A stretch of DNA of 64,000 nucleotides from a virus. Below, one piece after another: positions 48,237 through 57,564 of this stretch (its first letter is position 1; each line of letters begins with the position of its first letter). Below the pieces are notes generated by a model. That model saw only the letters and a program-made list of their open reading frames with translations, searched no databases and was not told the origin of the DNA. The DNA is taken from IMG/VR virus record IMGVR_UViG_3300010396_000002, positions 1-64,000 of that record, one strand, 5' to 3'. A program made the translations under genes and the position numbers.

Positions 48237-50008
48237 TGGTCATGGCGAGAGCGAAGAAGCCTGAGAAGCAGGCGGCCGCAGTCGTGCGCAAGCGGCCGAT
48301 CCTGTCGTGCACGGTGAGCCCCGAGGTCCGAGCCAAGATCGACGAGCAGGCCGAGGCGGAGGAGAAGACCGTCGCGGACGTGGTCGACGCGAGGCTCCGG
48401 ATCGGGTTCGGGATGGACTGCCCAGCGGCCCCCGTAGAGGCGCTCCCGCCCGACGTCGAGGAGGACATCGTCGACCGGGGCCGCGCGACCGGGCACGACC
48501 GGCTGACAACCATCGCGGAGCTGGTGCGGCTCGGGTTCCTCTACAACCGGCGGATGCTCGAGACGCTCGACGAGGGCGTGAAGCTGGCGACGCGCCCTCC
48601 GCCGCCAGGTGTACCGGCCGAGATCGGTTGGCACCGGCGCGAGGCCGACGCGCGGGTGCTCGGCAGCCTCCGCGGCAAGCTCGACCTTCCGGAACTGGAG
48701 GACGGCGAGGCTGAGGGCGGGTACCGCGAGGTCGACGTCGCGTTGCACCAGCACGCGGCCACGAAGTATGCCGAGGCCGCTGGTGGCGTCGCCTGCGTGC
48801 TCTGCGGCGCGCCCGTTCCGGAGTTCCCGGTGCAGCGGTCCTGCACGAAGGCGCGCTCGAAGGGCCAGACCTGCATGCGGTTCTGGGCCTGGATCCGCCC
48901 GAACAAGGAGACGGAGGCCTACGACGTCACGAAGATCGCCGAGACGATGGGCGGCCGCGCATGCCTCGTCGGCACCCGCATGCCCGTCTCCACCGTCATC
49001 TCCTGGCACGAGCAGGGCGGGTGCGCCGAGGTCCGCCAGCAGTACCCGCACCTGACCGAGGAGCAGATCCACGTCGCGCTCGCCTACGCCGAGGCGTTCC
49101 CGGAGGAGATCGCCGCAGAGCTCGGCCACTGGCCCAAGCACGTCGAGTACCCGCTCTGCGCGTGCGAGCGGTGCCAGACGCTGTACGGCCCCAACTACCG
49201 CGGGCACTGCATGTGCGACGCGACGGGCGAAGATGGGCGGTCCTTCCTCGACAAGGTCGGAACGCGGATCGCAGAGGCTCCGGCATGCTGCCATGCAACA
49301 TGGAAAGATGGCCGCTGGTGCCACCATCCGAAGTGCGTTCATGGGGACGAGAAGCCTCCGCGTCCGCCGCTCATCGTCGAGGTGCCCACGCTGCTGTCGC
49401 TAGTCCGCGACCAACTCCCCAAGCACGGTGCACCGTCGCGCGAGGACGTCGTGGCCGAGGCCCAGGAGCGACTCCGCCGAGCCAATGCGGACCGTCTGGC
49501 CAACGAGTCGACCGACAACGGGGCGACGCATCCTGCCATGATCGACGCCATGCGCCGGAAGGGCCTGCTCAAGACCGCCGACGAACTGGCGGCGATCCCC
49601 GTCGTGCACGTCACCGCCGGCCCCCATGCACAGCAGGAGATGGCTGCCCTCCGCGCGAGGGGAGTCCTCTTCACCTCCGACGAGCCAGAGCAGGACGGAG
49701 CCGACCGAGTCGGGGCCGTGCTCGACGGGGAGCCCGCATCGGGGGCCAGGACGCTGGTGCTGACCGAGCCCCTCGTCTACCAGACCACCACCGTCGACAT
49801 CGACGGCGAGGGCAAGACCACCACCACGATCGACCCGCGGCCCGTCGTGGACTTCGTGCCCGATGCGGGCCAGCAGGACTTCTACGCCGAGGAGCCCTTC
49901 GTCGAGCGCCGGGTCGTCGACTACGACGCCGACCCTCGGCGAGGCCGTGGCGAGCCTCCGCCGGAACCGAAGCCTGACCAGCGTCGTCGGCGCGGGAGGC
50001 GGGGGTGA
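48230..50008 (+). CDS. Multidomain protein: RHH-like N-terminus, DUF433-like domain, Cys-rich segments
   Basis: RKRPILSCTVSPEVRAKIDEQAEAEEKTVADVV; MGGRACLVGTRMPV...YPHLTEEQIHVALAY; start 48230 or 48242. Confidence 0.7.
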   Translation: MTVVMARAKKPEKQAAAVVRKRPILSCTVSPEVRAKIDEQAEAEEKTVADVVDARLRIGFGMDCPAAPVEALPPDVEEDIVDRGRATGHDRLTTIAELVRLGFLYNRRMLETLDEGVKLATRPPPPGVPAEIGWHRREADARVLGSLRGKLDLPELEDGEAEGGYREVDVALHQHAATKYAEAAGGVACVLCGAPVPEFPVQRSCTKARSKGQTCMRFWAWIRPNKETEAYDVTKIAETMGGRACLVGTRMPVSTVISWHEQGGCAEVRQQYPHLTEEQIHVALAYAEAFPEEIAAELGHWPKHVEYPLCACERCQTLYGPNYRGHCMCDATGEDGRSFLDKVGTRIAEAPACCHATWKDGRWCHHPKCVHGDEKPPRPPLIVEVPTLLSLVRDQLPKHGAPSREDVVAEAQERLRRANADRLANESTDNGATHPAMIDAMRRKGLLKTADELAAIPVVHVTAGPHAQQEMAALRARGVLFTSDEPEQDGADRVGAVLDGEPASGARTLVLTEPLVYQTTTVDIDGEGKTTTTIDPRPVVDFVPDAGQQDFYAEEPFVERRVVDYDADPRRGRGEPPPEPKPDQRRRRGRRG

Positions 50009-50846
50009 GCCTCGCCTCATGGTGGAAGGGCCTCTGGTCAGAGCCGCCGGAGCCGGAGAGCCCAGCGCCTCTTCCGCCGCCAGACCCAGCCGCCTTGGCG
50101 GTGAACGAGGATGGCCAGCTCCAGTTCAGGACCGTGAGCGGGCGCACCGACGTCGCCATCATCCTCCGGCTGCCGGTCACCTTGTCGCGTCGGGAGAGCC
50201 TTCAGATCGCACGCGAGATCCTCGCTGCCCAGGGCCTGGACGCGCCCAAGGACAACGCATGAGCAAGCCGATCTACGTCGACGGGGTCCCGCATCGTGTC
50301 CGGCGTGGCAGGCTCGTTCCGATCCCGGTCCGCTGGCTCGGCCAGGTCACCAGCCGGCAGACCATCAACGCGCGAGCGTCGAAGCTGACGCGCAAGCTCC
50401 GGCACCGGATGAAGGCCGACCGCTCCCGCGTGAAGCGCGAGGCGCAGGAGCGGCACGCGCTCGAGGGCTGGTAGATGCCGCTTGGCCCGGCTCCTGAAGC
50501 GAACACCAGCGCCGGACGCCGTGTGCATGTGCCGACCGGCAGGACAGCGACGCGGCCGCCACAAGCTGGCCTGTCCCCGCTCCAGCGCGTACCGACCGCC
50601 TCAGGAGCGCGAGTGACCTGGCCGCCTGAGCGGCTCGGCGCGCCACCGTCCGCTGGCGAGATCGAGGCCGTGCTGGCGGCGCTGCGCACCGGGCCGAAGG
50701 CGACGACGGAGATCGCCGTGCCGTGCCTGTCGCTCGCCGATGGGACGAAGGCGGAGATCGCCTGCGACGTCGCGGTGCTGCACTGGTTGTGGAGGCAGAA
50801 GAGGATCGCCTGGGACTGGCAGGCGCAGCGGTGGAAGCTGCCGTGA
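50005..50846 (+). other. Three small hypothetical genes
   Basis: 50005-50262, 50259-50474, 50475-50846, coupled. Confidence 0.5.
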
Positions 50847-50891
50847 AGACGGGGGCTTCCGGATCGGCTCTGCCTGTCCTATCCGGGCCGG

Positions 50892-51233
50892 ATGCCCCGA
50901 ACTGTCCTCGTGGCCGAGTCGGACCGCGATGTCTGCTGCACGCTCGCAGACCTCCTGAGCCTGCACGACTGCGGCGTGATGCTCGCCCATGACGCGATCA
51001 CCGCGCTCCACATCGCGCAGACGTCCGTTCCCTGCCTGGTCCTGTTCGACATGATGCTGCGCGGCGGCCAGGAGTTGCTGCCAGCGCTCGTGCAGACGGG
51101 CGTCCCCGTCGTGACCATGTCAACGTGGGCACGAGACCCGAAACCGGAGGGCGCCGTCGCCCAGCTCGGCAAGCCGTTCGAGCTCGACAAGCTGCTCGCG
51201 TTGGTCGCCCGCTACTGCGGGCCGGAGAGCTAG
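50892..51233 (+). CDS. Single-domain response regulator (CheY-like receiver)
   Basis: VLVAESD, LVLFDMML..G, PVVTMS, LGKPFELDKL. Confidence 0.85.
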   Translation: MPRTVLVAESDRDVCCTLADLLSLHDCGVMLAHDAITALHIAQTSVPCLVLFDMMLRGGQELLPALVQTGVPVVTMSTWARDPKPEGAVAQLGKPFELDKLLALVARYCGPES

Positions 51234-51529
51234 CGGCGGGCGGAGACGAGGGGCGGAAGCTCGTCCTGGTCCTCGAGCGAGGCCAGCCGGCGAGCGCCGC
51301 GAGGGAACGGCGTGAGGAGCGTCGGCGACGCCTGCTGCGCGCCAGGCGTCAGGATGTTGACCAGGTGCTGCGCGGCGGCCGCGTTCTCCCGGATCAGGCG
51401 CTGGAGCACGATCGGGTCGAGCGGGAAGGGGAGCGCAGCAGATCCGCCGGCCTCGGCCAGCATGCGCGCTGCGTCGAGCGCCCGCCGCATCCCGGCCGCT
51501 TCGTCCTTCGGGTAGATGATGGTGCTCAT
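51230..51529 (-). CDS. Hypothetical protein
   Basis: ATGA-coupled to 939-aa gene. Confidence 0.5.
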   Translation of the reverse strand: MSTIIYPKDEAAGMRRALDAARMLAEAGGSAALPFPLDPIVLQRLIRENAAAAQHLVNILTPGAQQASPTLLTPFPRGARRLASLEDQDELPPLVSARR

Positions 51530-54345
51530 CGGTTGCCACCATGCAGGCCGCGCGCGATGAGGAGCGCCCCAACAACGGCCGAGCATGCCGTGTCCGTGTC
51601 GAAGCGCTGGAAGGTGTCGCGCTGCGGGTCGCCGGCGCTCAGGACCATGTCGCCACCGTTCACGCTGTCCGTGTCTTCGTTGGTCTCCACCCAGACGTAC
51701 TCGACCTTGCCGAACGCCTCGGCGAGGCTCTGCTCGCCGGAGAGCGCGCGCAGCGCCTTGCGACGCTTCATCCGCTCGTCGTAGCGGCCAAGGATGGCGT
51801 ACTCGGCGCCGGTGAGCGTGTCTCCTCGCGCCTCGGATCGCATGTCCTCGTAGGTCTGCACCAGCGGCGGGATCCCGTCCGCGTCCGCGTACCAGAGCAC
51901 CGCCTCGCGGGACATCCAGCGCCCGGAACCACGCCTCGCCTCGTGTTCGTGGAGCCCGTCCAGGCATTCGGCGACGTGATCCACCGTCAGCATGTCCCGC
52001 GGCGGGAAAGGGGGTGCCCCCTCGAGCATGGCGAGGATCGTGCGGCGCCTGACCTCGATCAGCCAGGCAGGGAAGGGGTGCTCGGCCGCATCCTCGGCCA
52101 GGAGGTGCTCGACCTCGCGGGTCACCCAGAGCTCGGACTGGAGGATCGCGACGAGGACCGCGCCCATGTCGACGACGGTCTGCCACCAGAGCGCCTCAGC
52201 GGCCGCGGCGAGCAGCGCGCAGAACGCCGGCATCTGGCTCGCCGCCACGACGAAGCTCACCGCAGGCATGTGATCCATGAGGCTCCGCGTCAGCCGGAAG
52301 CACTTGGCCATGATCTCGACGCCGCCGCTGACGTAGAGCGCGACCTCACCATGCCCGCGCCGCACGCAGAGCACGGGCACGCCGAGCGCCTTGGCAGCGG
52401 TCTGCTCGATGCCATGCACGGTCGGGCCCGCGAACTCGATGGGCGCAGACGGATCGGGCATCTGGAAGGCTCGAGCCGCCCAGTTCGCATGCTCCCCCGT
52501 CGTCGGGTGCCGGACGTTGGCGAGGTGCTCCTGCTCGCAGCTCGTGAAGACCATGCTCGTGAAGACCTCGAGCCCCTGCTCCGTCGGGACCCACCACTTC
52601 GCCACGAACGTGAGCCGCGGGTCGACCTCGCCCCTGTCGTTGAGGCCGTGGTTGACGATGCAGCGGAGCAGGCCCGCCGTGCCGGCCTTGCCTACGCGGA
52701 ACGCGTTGATGCGCGCGAGCGCGGGCTCACCACGGCTGTGCGCCATGATCTGGTTGAACTGCGCGGGCGTCGTCGTCTCGTCGGTAGCGACGACCTGCCA
52801 AGCGACGTGCATGACGCCGGCGACGCTCCGGAGCTGGGCCACGAGCATGCCTTCGGGCTCCAGCTCCGTGCTCAGCGTGCGGAAGTCGAACGCAGCGGAG
52901 GGGGCCGGAGCGTCGAGACGCAGGCTGCCGTCGGGGTCGGCGAGCATGGTGCGCGGCTTCTCGACCAGCTCGGCGGCGATGTGCTTCGCCGCGGTCTTCC
53001 GCGAAGCGACGTACTGCCGGTACGCCGTGCACCGCTCCATGTGGGCGAGCCCAGCGCCCGCGGTTCCCTCGCGTACGGTGCCGCAGGCCGGGCAGACCTC
53101 GACGTTGCCGCGCTCTTCCCAGAAGGCTGGACGGTCCTGCGACGAGCCGCTGGCCACGCATCGGAGCTGCCCGTCGGACGTCTCCACGACCTGGCCAGGC
53201 GTGTATGACGCCGGGCGCGTCTTCCCGGAGCCGTCGCGCACCACCAGCGTGTTCGGCTCGACCTTGCGCCAGCGGTCTGGCTCGGCGCGCACGCTCTCGA
53301 ACGAGAGCCGGCCGCTCGTGCCAATCGTGAAGCACTCGTCGCTGGTGACCTCGCCGAGGACAGCGCTCGAGACGCCCTCCCGCTCACCGGGACGGGCCCG
53401 GATGGCATACTCCCACGTCTCGTCGACGAGCACGTGCCTGCCGTCTTCCAGCGCGACGCCGATGCACTCCCAGTGCTTGACGACGTCCGCTTTGGAGAAG
53501 ACCCAGCCAGGCCTGTCGAAGATGACCTGCTCGCCCGGCGTGCTCATGACCGTGGCGGTCCCGATCTTTGCGCGCCACACCTGATGCTGCGCCGGCTGGA
53601 CCTGGTCCTGCTTCTCCGCCCGCACGTCGATGCGCAGCACGCCGCAGCCGTTGATCTCCTGGCCCTGGGGAAGCACCCACTGCCACTTCGGGTGCTCCAC
53701 GCCTCGGTCGACTGCGCGCACCACGTCGTCGAGCGCTCCGCGCAGCACGCGCAGTCCGGCCTCGCGCGCACAGATCCAGAACGTTCCCTCGGCCTGTGCC
53801 TGTGGCCAGTCATCGCTGGTCATGCGGTGCAGCGTCAGGACGCGCGCGCCCAGCACAGGCCCCACGTCCAAGATCCGAAGCTTGTGCTCGATACAGTGCC
53901 ACACCGCGTCGCGGAGCTTGGCCATGTCTTCGCGTGAGCCGCTCAGCGTGAGCGAGGCGCGCTCGTCCAGCTTGCCGGTGATGCCCCCGGCCTTGGTCCA
54001 CTCGGCGGGCTCGCCCTCGAGCAGTGCCTCCTCAGTCGTGCCGCTCTTGCTCATGTGTGTGACGTGGCACTGCCCCTCGCACGTACGCTCGCCGTCGACG
54101 ATCTTGTAGGTGATCGTCCGAGCCTCGACGAAGGCGTCGTGGAGGCCTTCGTCCCTCCCATTCACGGTGAAGATGATCTTGCGGCTCGCCTTCCCGGGCA
54201 CAGACCACAGACTTCGGGGAGGCCGTGTCCGCTCGCGAGCGCGCCACGTTGCGACCGCGCTGGTCTCGAGGAGCTGCCCGTCGAGGTAGAGCCGCGCCGA
54301 CTCCGCGCACTCCGACTGCTGCTGGCTGTAGTTGGTGTCAGTCAC
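51526..54345 (-). CDS. Large mosaic hypothetical protein (939 aa)
   Basis: Long open frame; N-terminal paralogous domain; internal CPAC...HMERC. Confidence 0.7.
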   Translation of the reverse strand: MTDTNYSQQQSECAESARLYLDGQLLETSAVATWRARERTRPPRSLWSVPGKASRKIIFTVNGRDEGLHDAFVEARTITYKIVDGERTCEGQCHVTHMSKSGTTEEALLEGEPAEWTKAGGITGKLDERASLTLSGSREDMAKLRDAVWHCIEHKLRILDVGPVLGARVLTLHRMTSDDWPQAQAEGTFWICAREAGLRVLRGALDDVVRAVDRGVEHPKWQWVLPQGQEINGCGVLRIDVRAEKQDQVQPAQHQVWRAKIGTATVMSTPGEQVIFDRPGWVFSKADVVKHWECIGVALEDGRHVLVDETWEYAIRARPGEREGVSSAVLGEVTSDECFTIGTSGRLSFESVRAEPDRWRKVEPNTLVVRDGSGKTRPASYTPGQVVETSDGQLRCVASGSSQDRPAFWEERGNVEVCPACGTVREGTAGAGLAHMERCTAYRQYVASRKTAAKHIAAELVEKPRTMLADPDGSLRLDAPAPSAAFDFRTLSTELEPEGMLVAQLRSVAGVMHVAWQVVATDETTTPAQFNQIMAHSRGEPALARINAFRVGKAGTAGLLRCIVNHGLNDRGEVDPRLTFVAKWWVPTEQGLEVFTSMVFTSCEQEHLANVRHPTTGEHANWAARAFQMPDPSAPIEFAGPTVHGIEQTAAKALGVPVLCVRRGHGEVALYVSGGVEIMAKCFRLTRSLMDHMPAVSFVVAASQMPAFCALLAAAAEALWWQTVVDMGAVLVAILQSELWVTREVEHLLAEDAAEHPFPAWLIEVRRRTILAMLEGAPPFPPRDMLTVDHVAECLDGLHEHEARRGSGRWMSREAVLWYADADGIPPLVQTYEDMRSEARGDTLTGAEYAILGRYDERMKRRKALRALSGEQSLAEAFGKVEYVWVETNEDTDSVNGGDMVLSAGDPQRDTFQRFDTDTACSAVVGALLIARGLHGGNR

Positions 54346-54674
54346 GAGCCGCTCCCGTCCGCGGGCACGTCCTCACCGGCCCTCTTCTTCAGTGCGTCGG
54401 CGATCCACTTGTCCCCCTTGGTCAGGTCGTACTCGATGGTCGCGATCAGATCGCGCTTGGTGAAGACCCCGTAGTTGCCGCCGAGTCGTCCTCGGATGCC
54501 ATCGAGCACGCCGTACGTGATCGTCGGCTCCTGTTGGAGGGTCGGCTTCGCGTCGGGACAGAGGGCGCGAGCCTGATCCCCTCCGAGCGCGACGTGCTGC
54601 ACGACGCGTTGGTAGAGTTGGTAGAGTGCCAGCGCCTCGTCGGCGTTCGGCTTGAAGCTGTTGGTGTCGTCCAT
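54342..54674 (-). CDS. Hypothetical protein (MDDTN start), apparently leaderless
   Basis: ATGACA-N16-TACCCT-N7-ATG; operator-like box 54703-54713. Confidence 0.6.
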   Translation of the reverse strand: MDDTNSFKPNADEALALYQLYQRVVQHVALGGDQARALCPDAKPTLQQEPTITYGVLDGIRGRLGGNYGVFTKRDLIATIEYDLTKGDKWIADALKKRAGEDVPADGSGS

Positions 54675-54705
54675 GCCCGGCAGGGTACCACTGCCTGGCG
54701 CGCTG

Positions 54706-55245
54706 TCATACAGTCGACGGGAAGACCTCGACCAGTGCGACGACGTGCCGCTCGAGGTTGGCGACGACGTGCGGGAAGTGCTCCCTGAGCGCGGCCAGCA
54801 TCGACGGCGTGTCGTGCTCGCCTTCCATCAGGAAGACGCTGTTGCAGGCCCCGCGCTCGTCGCCCTGGCAGCGGTCCCACCAGGCCAGCGCGGTGAAGCC
54901 GTTGTCGAGGACGTGCCGCAAAAACTGGCCTTGCGGAAGCTCGTCGGCGTCGTAGTGAACGCGCTCGCTCTCCTCCTTGGTGGTGCCCTGGCCCTGCCAG
55001 CAGAGCGCGCCACCGTGCCGCCACCTCCAGCGCTTGGGCGCGAGCGTTCCATCCAGGTGGTGGCGATGGGCGCCGCGCCGATACCACTCCAAGCCATCGT
55101 CGTAGACCGTGCGCCCGCCCGGCGCGTGCAGGAAGTGGCCCGACTGGTTCCAGCACCCGAAGTAGTAGACCTCCCTCCACGCTGTGTGACAGCGCTGGCT
55201 GCACTGTATGACACCCGCTTGCGCTGGTCCACACAGCCGTGTCAT
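54706..55245 (-). CDS. Conserved phage hypothetical protein; start uncertain
   Basis: YYFGCW..SGHFLH...LDGTLAP...GFTALAWWDR...CNSVF. Confidence 0.6.
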   Translation of the reverse strand: MTRLCGPAQAGVIQCSQRCHTAWREVYYFGCWNQSGHFLHAPGGRTVYDDGLEWYRRGAHRHHLDGTLAPKRWRWRHGGALCWQGQGTTKEESERVHYDADELPQGQFLRHVLDNGFTALAWWDRCQGDERGACNSVFLMEGEHDTPSMLAALREHFPHVVANLERHVVALVEVFPSTV

Positions 55246-55249
55246 ACAG
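55182..55249. promoter_or_regulatory. Three operator-like boxes
   Basis: 55182-55192, 55204-55214, 55239-55249. Confidence 0.7.
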
Positions 55250-55312
55250 CGCGCTGCTCCCTGTGAAGAAGGCGACGGGCTCCGGGGGCATGGTGCTCCC
55301 GGAGCCATGTCG

Positions 55313-55543
55313 TCAGACCACCAGGATCTCCCGCTCGGTGCCGTCCTCGGCGCGCATGATGATGCGGCAGCGCTGGTCACGGGCGAGGATCAACTCCTCG
55401 TAGAACGTGAGCGCGCGCCGGATCGCCTCCGTCTTGCTGTCAGCCTCCGAGAGCGCCACCACGCGCTCGAGCCTGGCCTTCGTGCGCTCGGGCAGCTCCA
55501 GGCTGAGACGGGTCTTCGGCTCCGTGCTCGCCGGCCGCGGCAT
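55313..55543 (-). CDS. Ribbon-helix-helix DNA-binding protein
   Basis: TRLSLELPERTKARLERV...SKTEAIRRAL..YE. Confidence 0.8.
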   Translation of the reverse strand: MPRPASTEPKTRLSLELPERTKARLERVVALSEADSKTEAIRRALTFYEELILARDQRCRIIMRAEDGTEREILVV

Positions 55544-57118
55544 CTACGGCACCGCCTTGGCGAGCAGATCCCGCAGAGCGCCGGCGTAGGGAAGGTCGTG
55601 CGCGTCGGCAGGCGCGTGCTCGTCGCAGTAGAAGCAGGAGGAGAACGGGACCTTCTTCGTGGCGATGTTGATCTGCCGCCCATCGGCCATCGCGCAGCCA
55701 CGCTCCGGCTCCGCGGCGCAGGTCGGGAGCGCATCTACCACAGCGCGAAGCTGCCGAACGCGGATGCCGGCATGGACGCCTTCCGCGTTGAGCTTGGCCA
55801 CGTCGCGCTCGAGGCCAGCCGCGAGCGCCTCCGCCTCGATGGCGCGCCGGATCGCTTCATCACGGCCTCCACGCATCTCCGTCGCCTCGCGCAGTGCGTT
55901 GACTGCCCCGGCTTTGGCGGCCACAAGGTCGACCAGGCCCGTCCCATAGACGCCCTCCTCCTTGCAGAGGTCGCACTTGTCGCGGAGGTCGTAGCCGTGG
56001 TGGCAGCGGAGCTGCGCCGCGTACATCTGCTCGATCTTCCGCTCCGCATCCGCGAGCCGGGCGCGCAAGGAGGCGCACTCCGTCTCGGAGTCGTCGGCAC
56101 GGTCCGTCTCGCGCTGGATGTCGGCCTCGGCGCCCGTCTTGTAGCGATCGAACTCGGCGCGCAGGGAGGCGGTGGCGCGGGCGTGCCACATGTCGCGGAT
56201 GTCGATAGCCTCAGCAACACCGGCTGCCGCGCATCGGCCATGGTGGTCCGCATCCGGTCCAGTCCACGCGGGGAAGAGCCGACGGACGAGCGTGTCGCGG
56301 GGCTCCACATCCACCGGCACCAGCAGCGCGGCGAGCTGCGCGATCACATCGCCCCGCTCCCGCTCCGCCCTCTCCCGGGCCGCCCGCTCGTCGAGAGCCC
56401 ACGCCGCGAGGATGGCGCGCGTCACGTCGTCGGTGCAGCAGACGGTCCACTCACCCGCGATCGTCAGGGGACCCACGGGGCTCTGCCATGCATGGGGCTC
56501 GTGCCACCGCCACGGCATCATCCCGCGGTGTCCTTCGTTGGTGACGGCCACCGTCCAGACGTGCGCGCCGTACCCCGGCAGCGCCGTCTTCCCGCGCCAT
56601 ACCTCGCCCGATAGCGCCTCGATCGCCTCCAGGTCGGGCGCCTCCTCGCGCGGGGACGCCAAGCGTGCGGCGCGGGCGCGGTCATAGGCTGCGCGCGCGA
56701 TGGGATTCGCGAGAACCTGCAGACGGGTGGCCTCGAAGTCGGTTGGATCGGGCGCCTCCTCGCCGGGCCCCGGGCACGCTGGATCGCTGCCGAGCTGCGC
56801 GCACAGGACCGAGTGCCCGGCGAGGAAGGCCTCGGCGCGAGCGCCCGCGCCTCGACGGTCGACGTGAGGGTGATGAGCGGGGAGGGGCGCCGGCGGCATG
56901 GTCTCGGCGCCGGTGCACGGTTCGCCGTCTGCGTGAGCACCGCTGCACAGCGGGTGATGCTTGTAAGGGTCCAGCCCTGGGCAGGACACGCCAGGCCCCA
57001 CACCGTGCTCCGCGCAGGCGATGTCGGTCGCGGCAACCCGATGCTTCTCGTTGCTCTGGTCGATGCAGCCCCACGCTGCCACGCGCTTCTCACAGGCGAA
57101 GACCGGCTTAGTCGTCAT
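55544..57118 (-). CDS. Mosaic hypothetical protein with Cys/His clusters and coiled coil
   Basis: ATGA-coupled start MTTKPV. Confidence 0.6.
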   Translation of the reverse strand: MTTKPVFACEKRVAAWGCIDQSNEKHRVAATDIACAEHGVGPGVSCPGLDPYKHHPLCSGAHADGEPCTGAETMPPAPLPAHHPHVDRRGAGARAEAFLAGHSVLCAQLGSDPACPGPGEEAPDPTDFEATRLQVLANPIARAAYDRARAARLASPREEAPDLEAIEALSGEVWRGKTALPGYGAHVWTVAVTNEGHRGMMPWRWHEPHAWQSPVGPLTIAGEWTVCCTDDVTRAILAAWALDERAARERAERERGDVIAQLAALLVPVDVEPRDTLVRRLFPAWTGPDADHHGRCAAAGVAEAIDIRDMWHARATASLRAEFDRYKTGAEADIQRETDRADDSETECASLRARLADAERKIEQMYAAQLRCHHGYDLRDKCDLCKEEGVYGTGLVDLVAAKAGAVNALREATEMRGGRDEAIRRAIEAEALAAGLERDVAKLNAEGVHAGIRVRQLRAVVDALPTCAAEPERGCAMADGRQINIATKKVPFSSCFYCDEHAPADAHDLPYAGALRDLLAKAVP

Positions 57119-57396
57119 GCGCCACCGCCTTTGGTCGCTCGCCGTCGCTCGAGCGCACGCTGCGCGTCCGCGTCGACAGCGCTCTCCAGCTCCTCGTCTG
57201 GAAGCGTCGCGAGTAGCACCTCCTTGAACGCCTCGAGCACGGTCTTGCCCATGCCCCGATTGCACCGGAAAATGAGAACCAGGCTCTGCGCATAGCCCGC
57301 CTGGTTTGGCCAGAGCGCGAGGATCCTCTCGATCGCCTCTTCGTCGGTCATCGGCGCCCGCTGCCCGAAGCCCTCCCGCTGCCGGTAGTCGTCCAT
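57115..57396 (-). CDS. Hypothetical protein
   Basis: GGAGGAGG RBS, downstream of six-box array. Confidence 0.6.
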   Translation of the reverse strand: MDDYRQREGFGQRAPMTDEEAIERILALWPNQAGYAQSLVLIFRCNRGMGKTVLEAFKEVLLATLPDEELESAVDADAQRALERRRATKGGGA

Positions 57397-57416
57397 CGCT
57401 TCGTCCCTCCTCCGTA

Positions 57417-57564
57417 CTGTCACACAGTACCGTGGCGTCGTGTATGACACAACCGGCCGGCGCTGTCACACAGTGCGCTCAGTTGCCGCGAGCTCGCTTC
57501 TTCTTCGCTGTCATACAGACCTCCAGCACTCTGTCATACACCAGCCGCAGCCGCTGTCACACAG
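57417..57564. repeat. Array of six 11-bp boxes with 23-bp period
   Basis: Starts at 57417, 57440, 57463, 57508, 57531, 57554. Confidence 0.9.
57479..57514 (-). CDS. Candidate 11-aa basic micropeptide MTAKKKRARGN
   Basis: GGAGG-N5-ATG; fills the 45-bp gap in the box array. Confidence 0.35.
   Translation of the reverse strand: MTAKKKRARGN

Noticed and set aside
57417-57564. CRISPR or mini-CRISPR array
   Set aside because: Repeats are 11 bp with 12-bp gaps, orientation is mixed, no cas genes, and the same box occurs at promoters elsewhere
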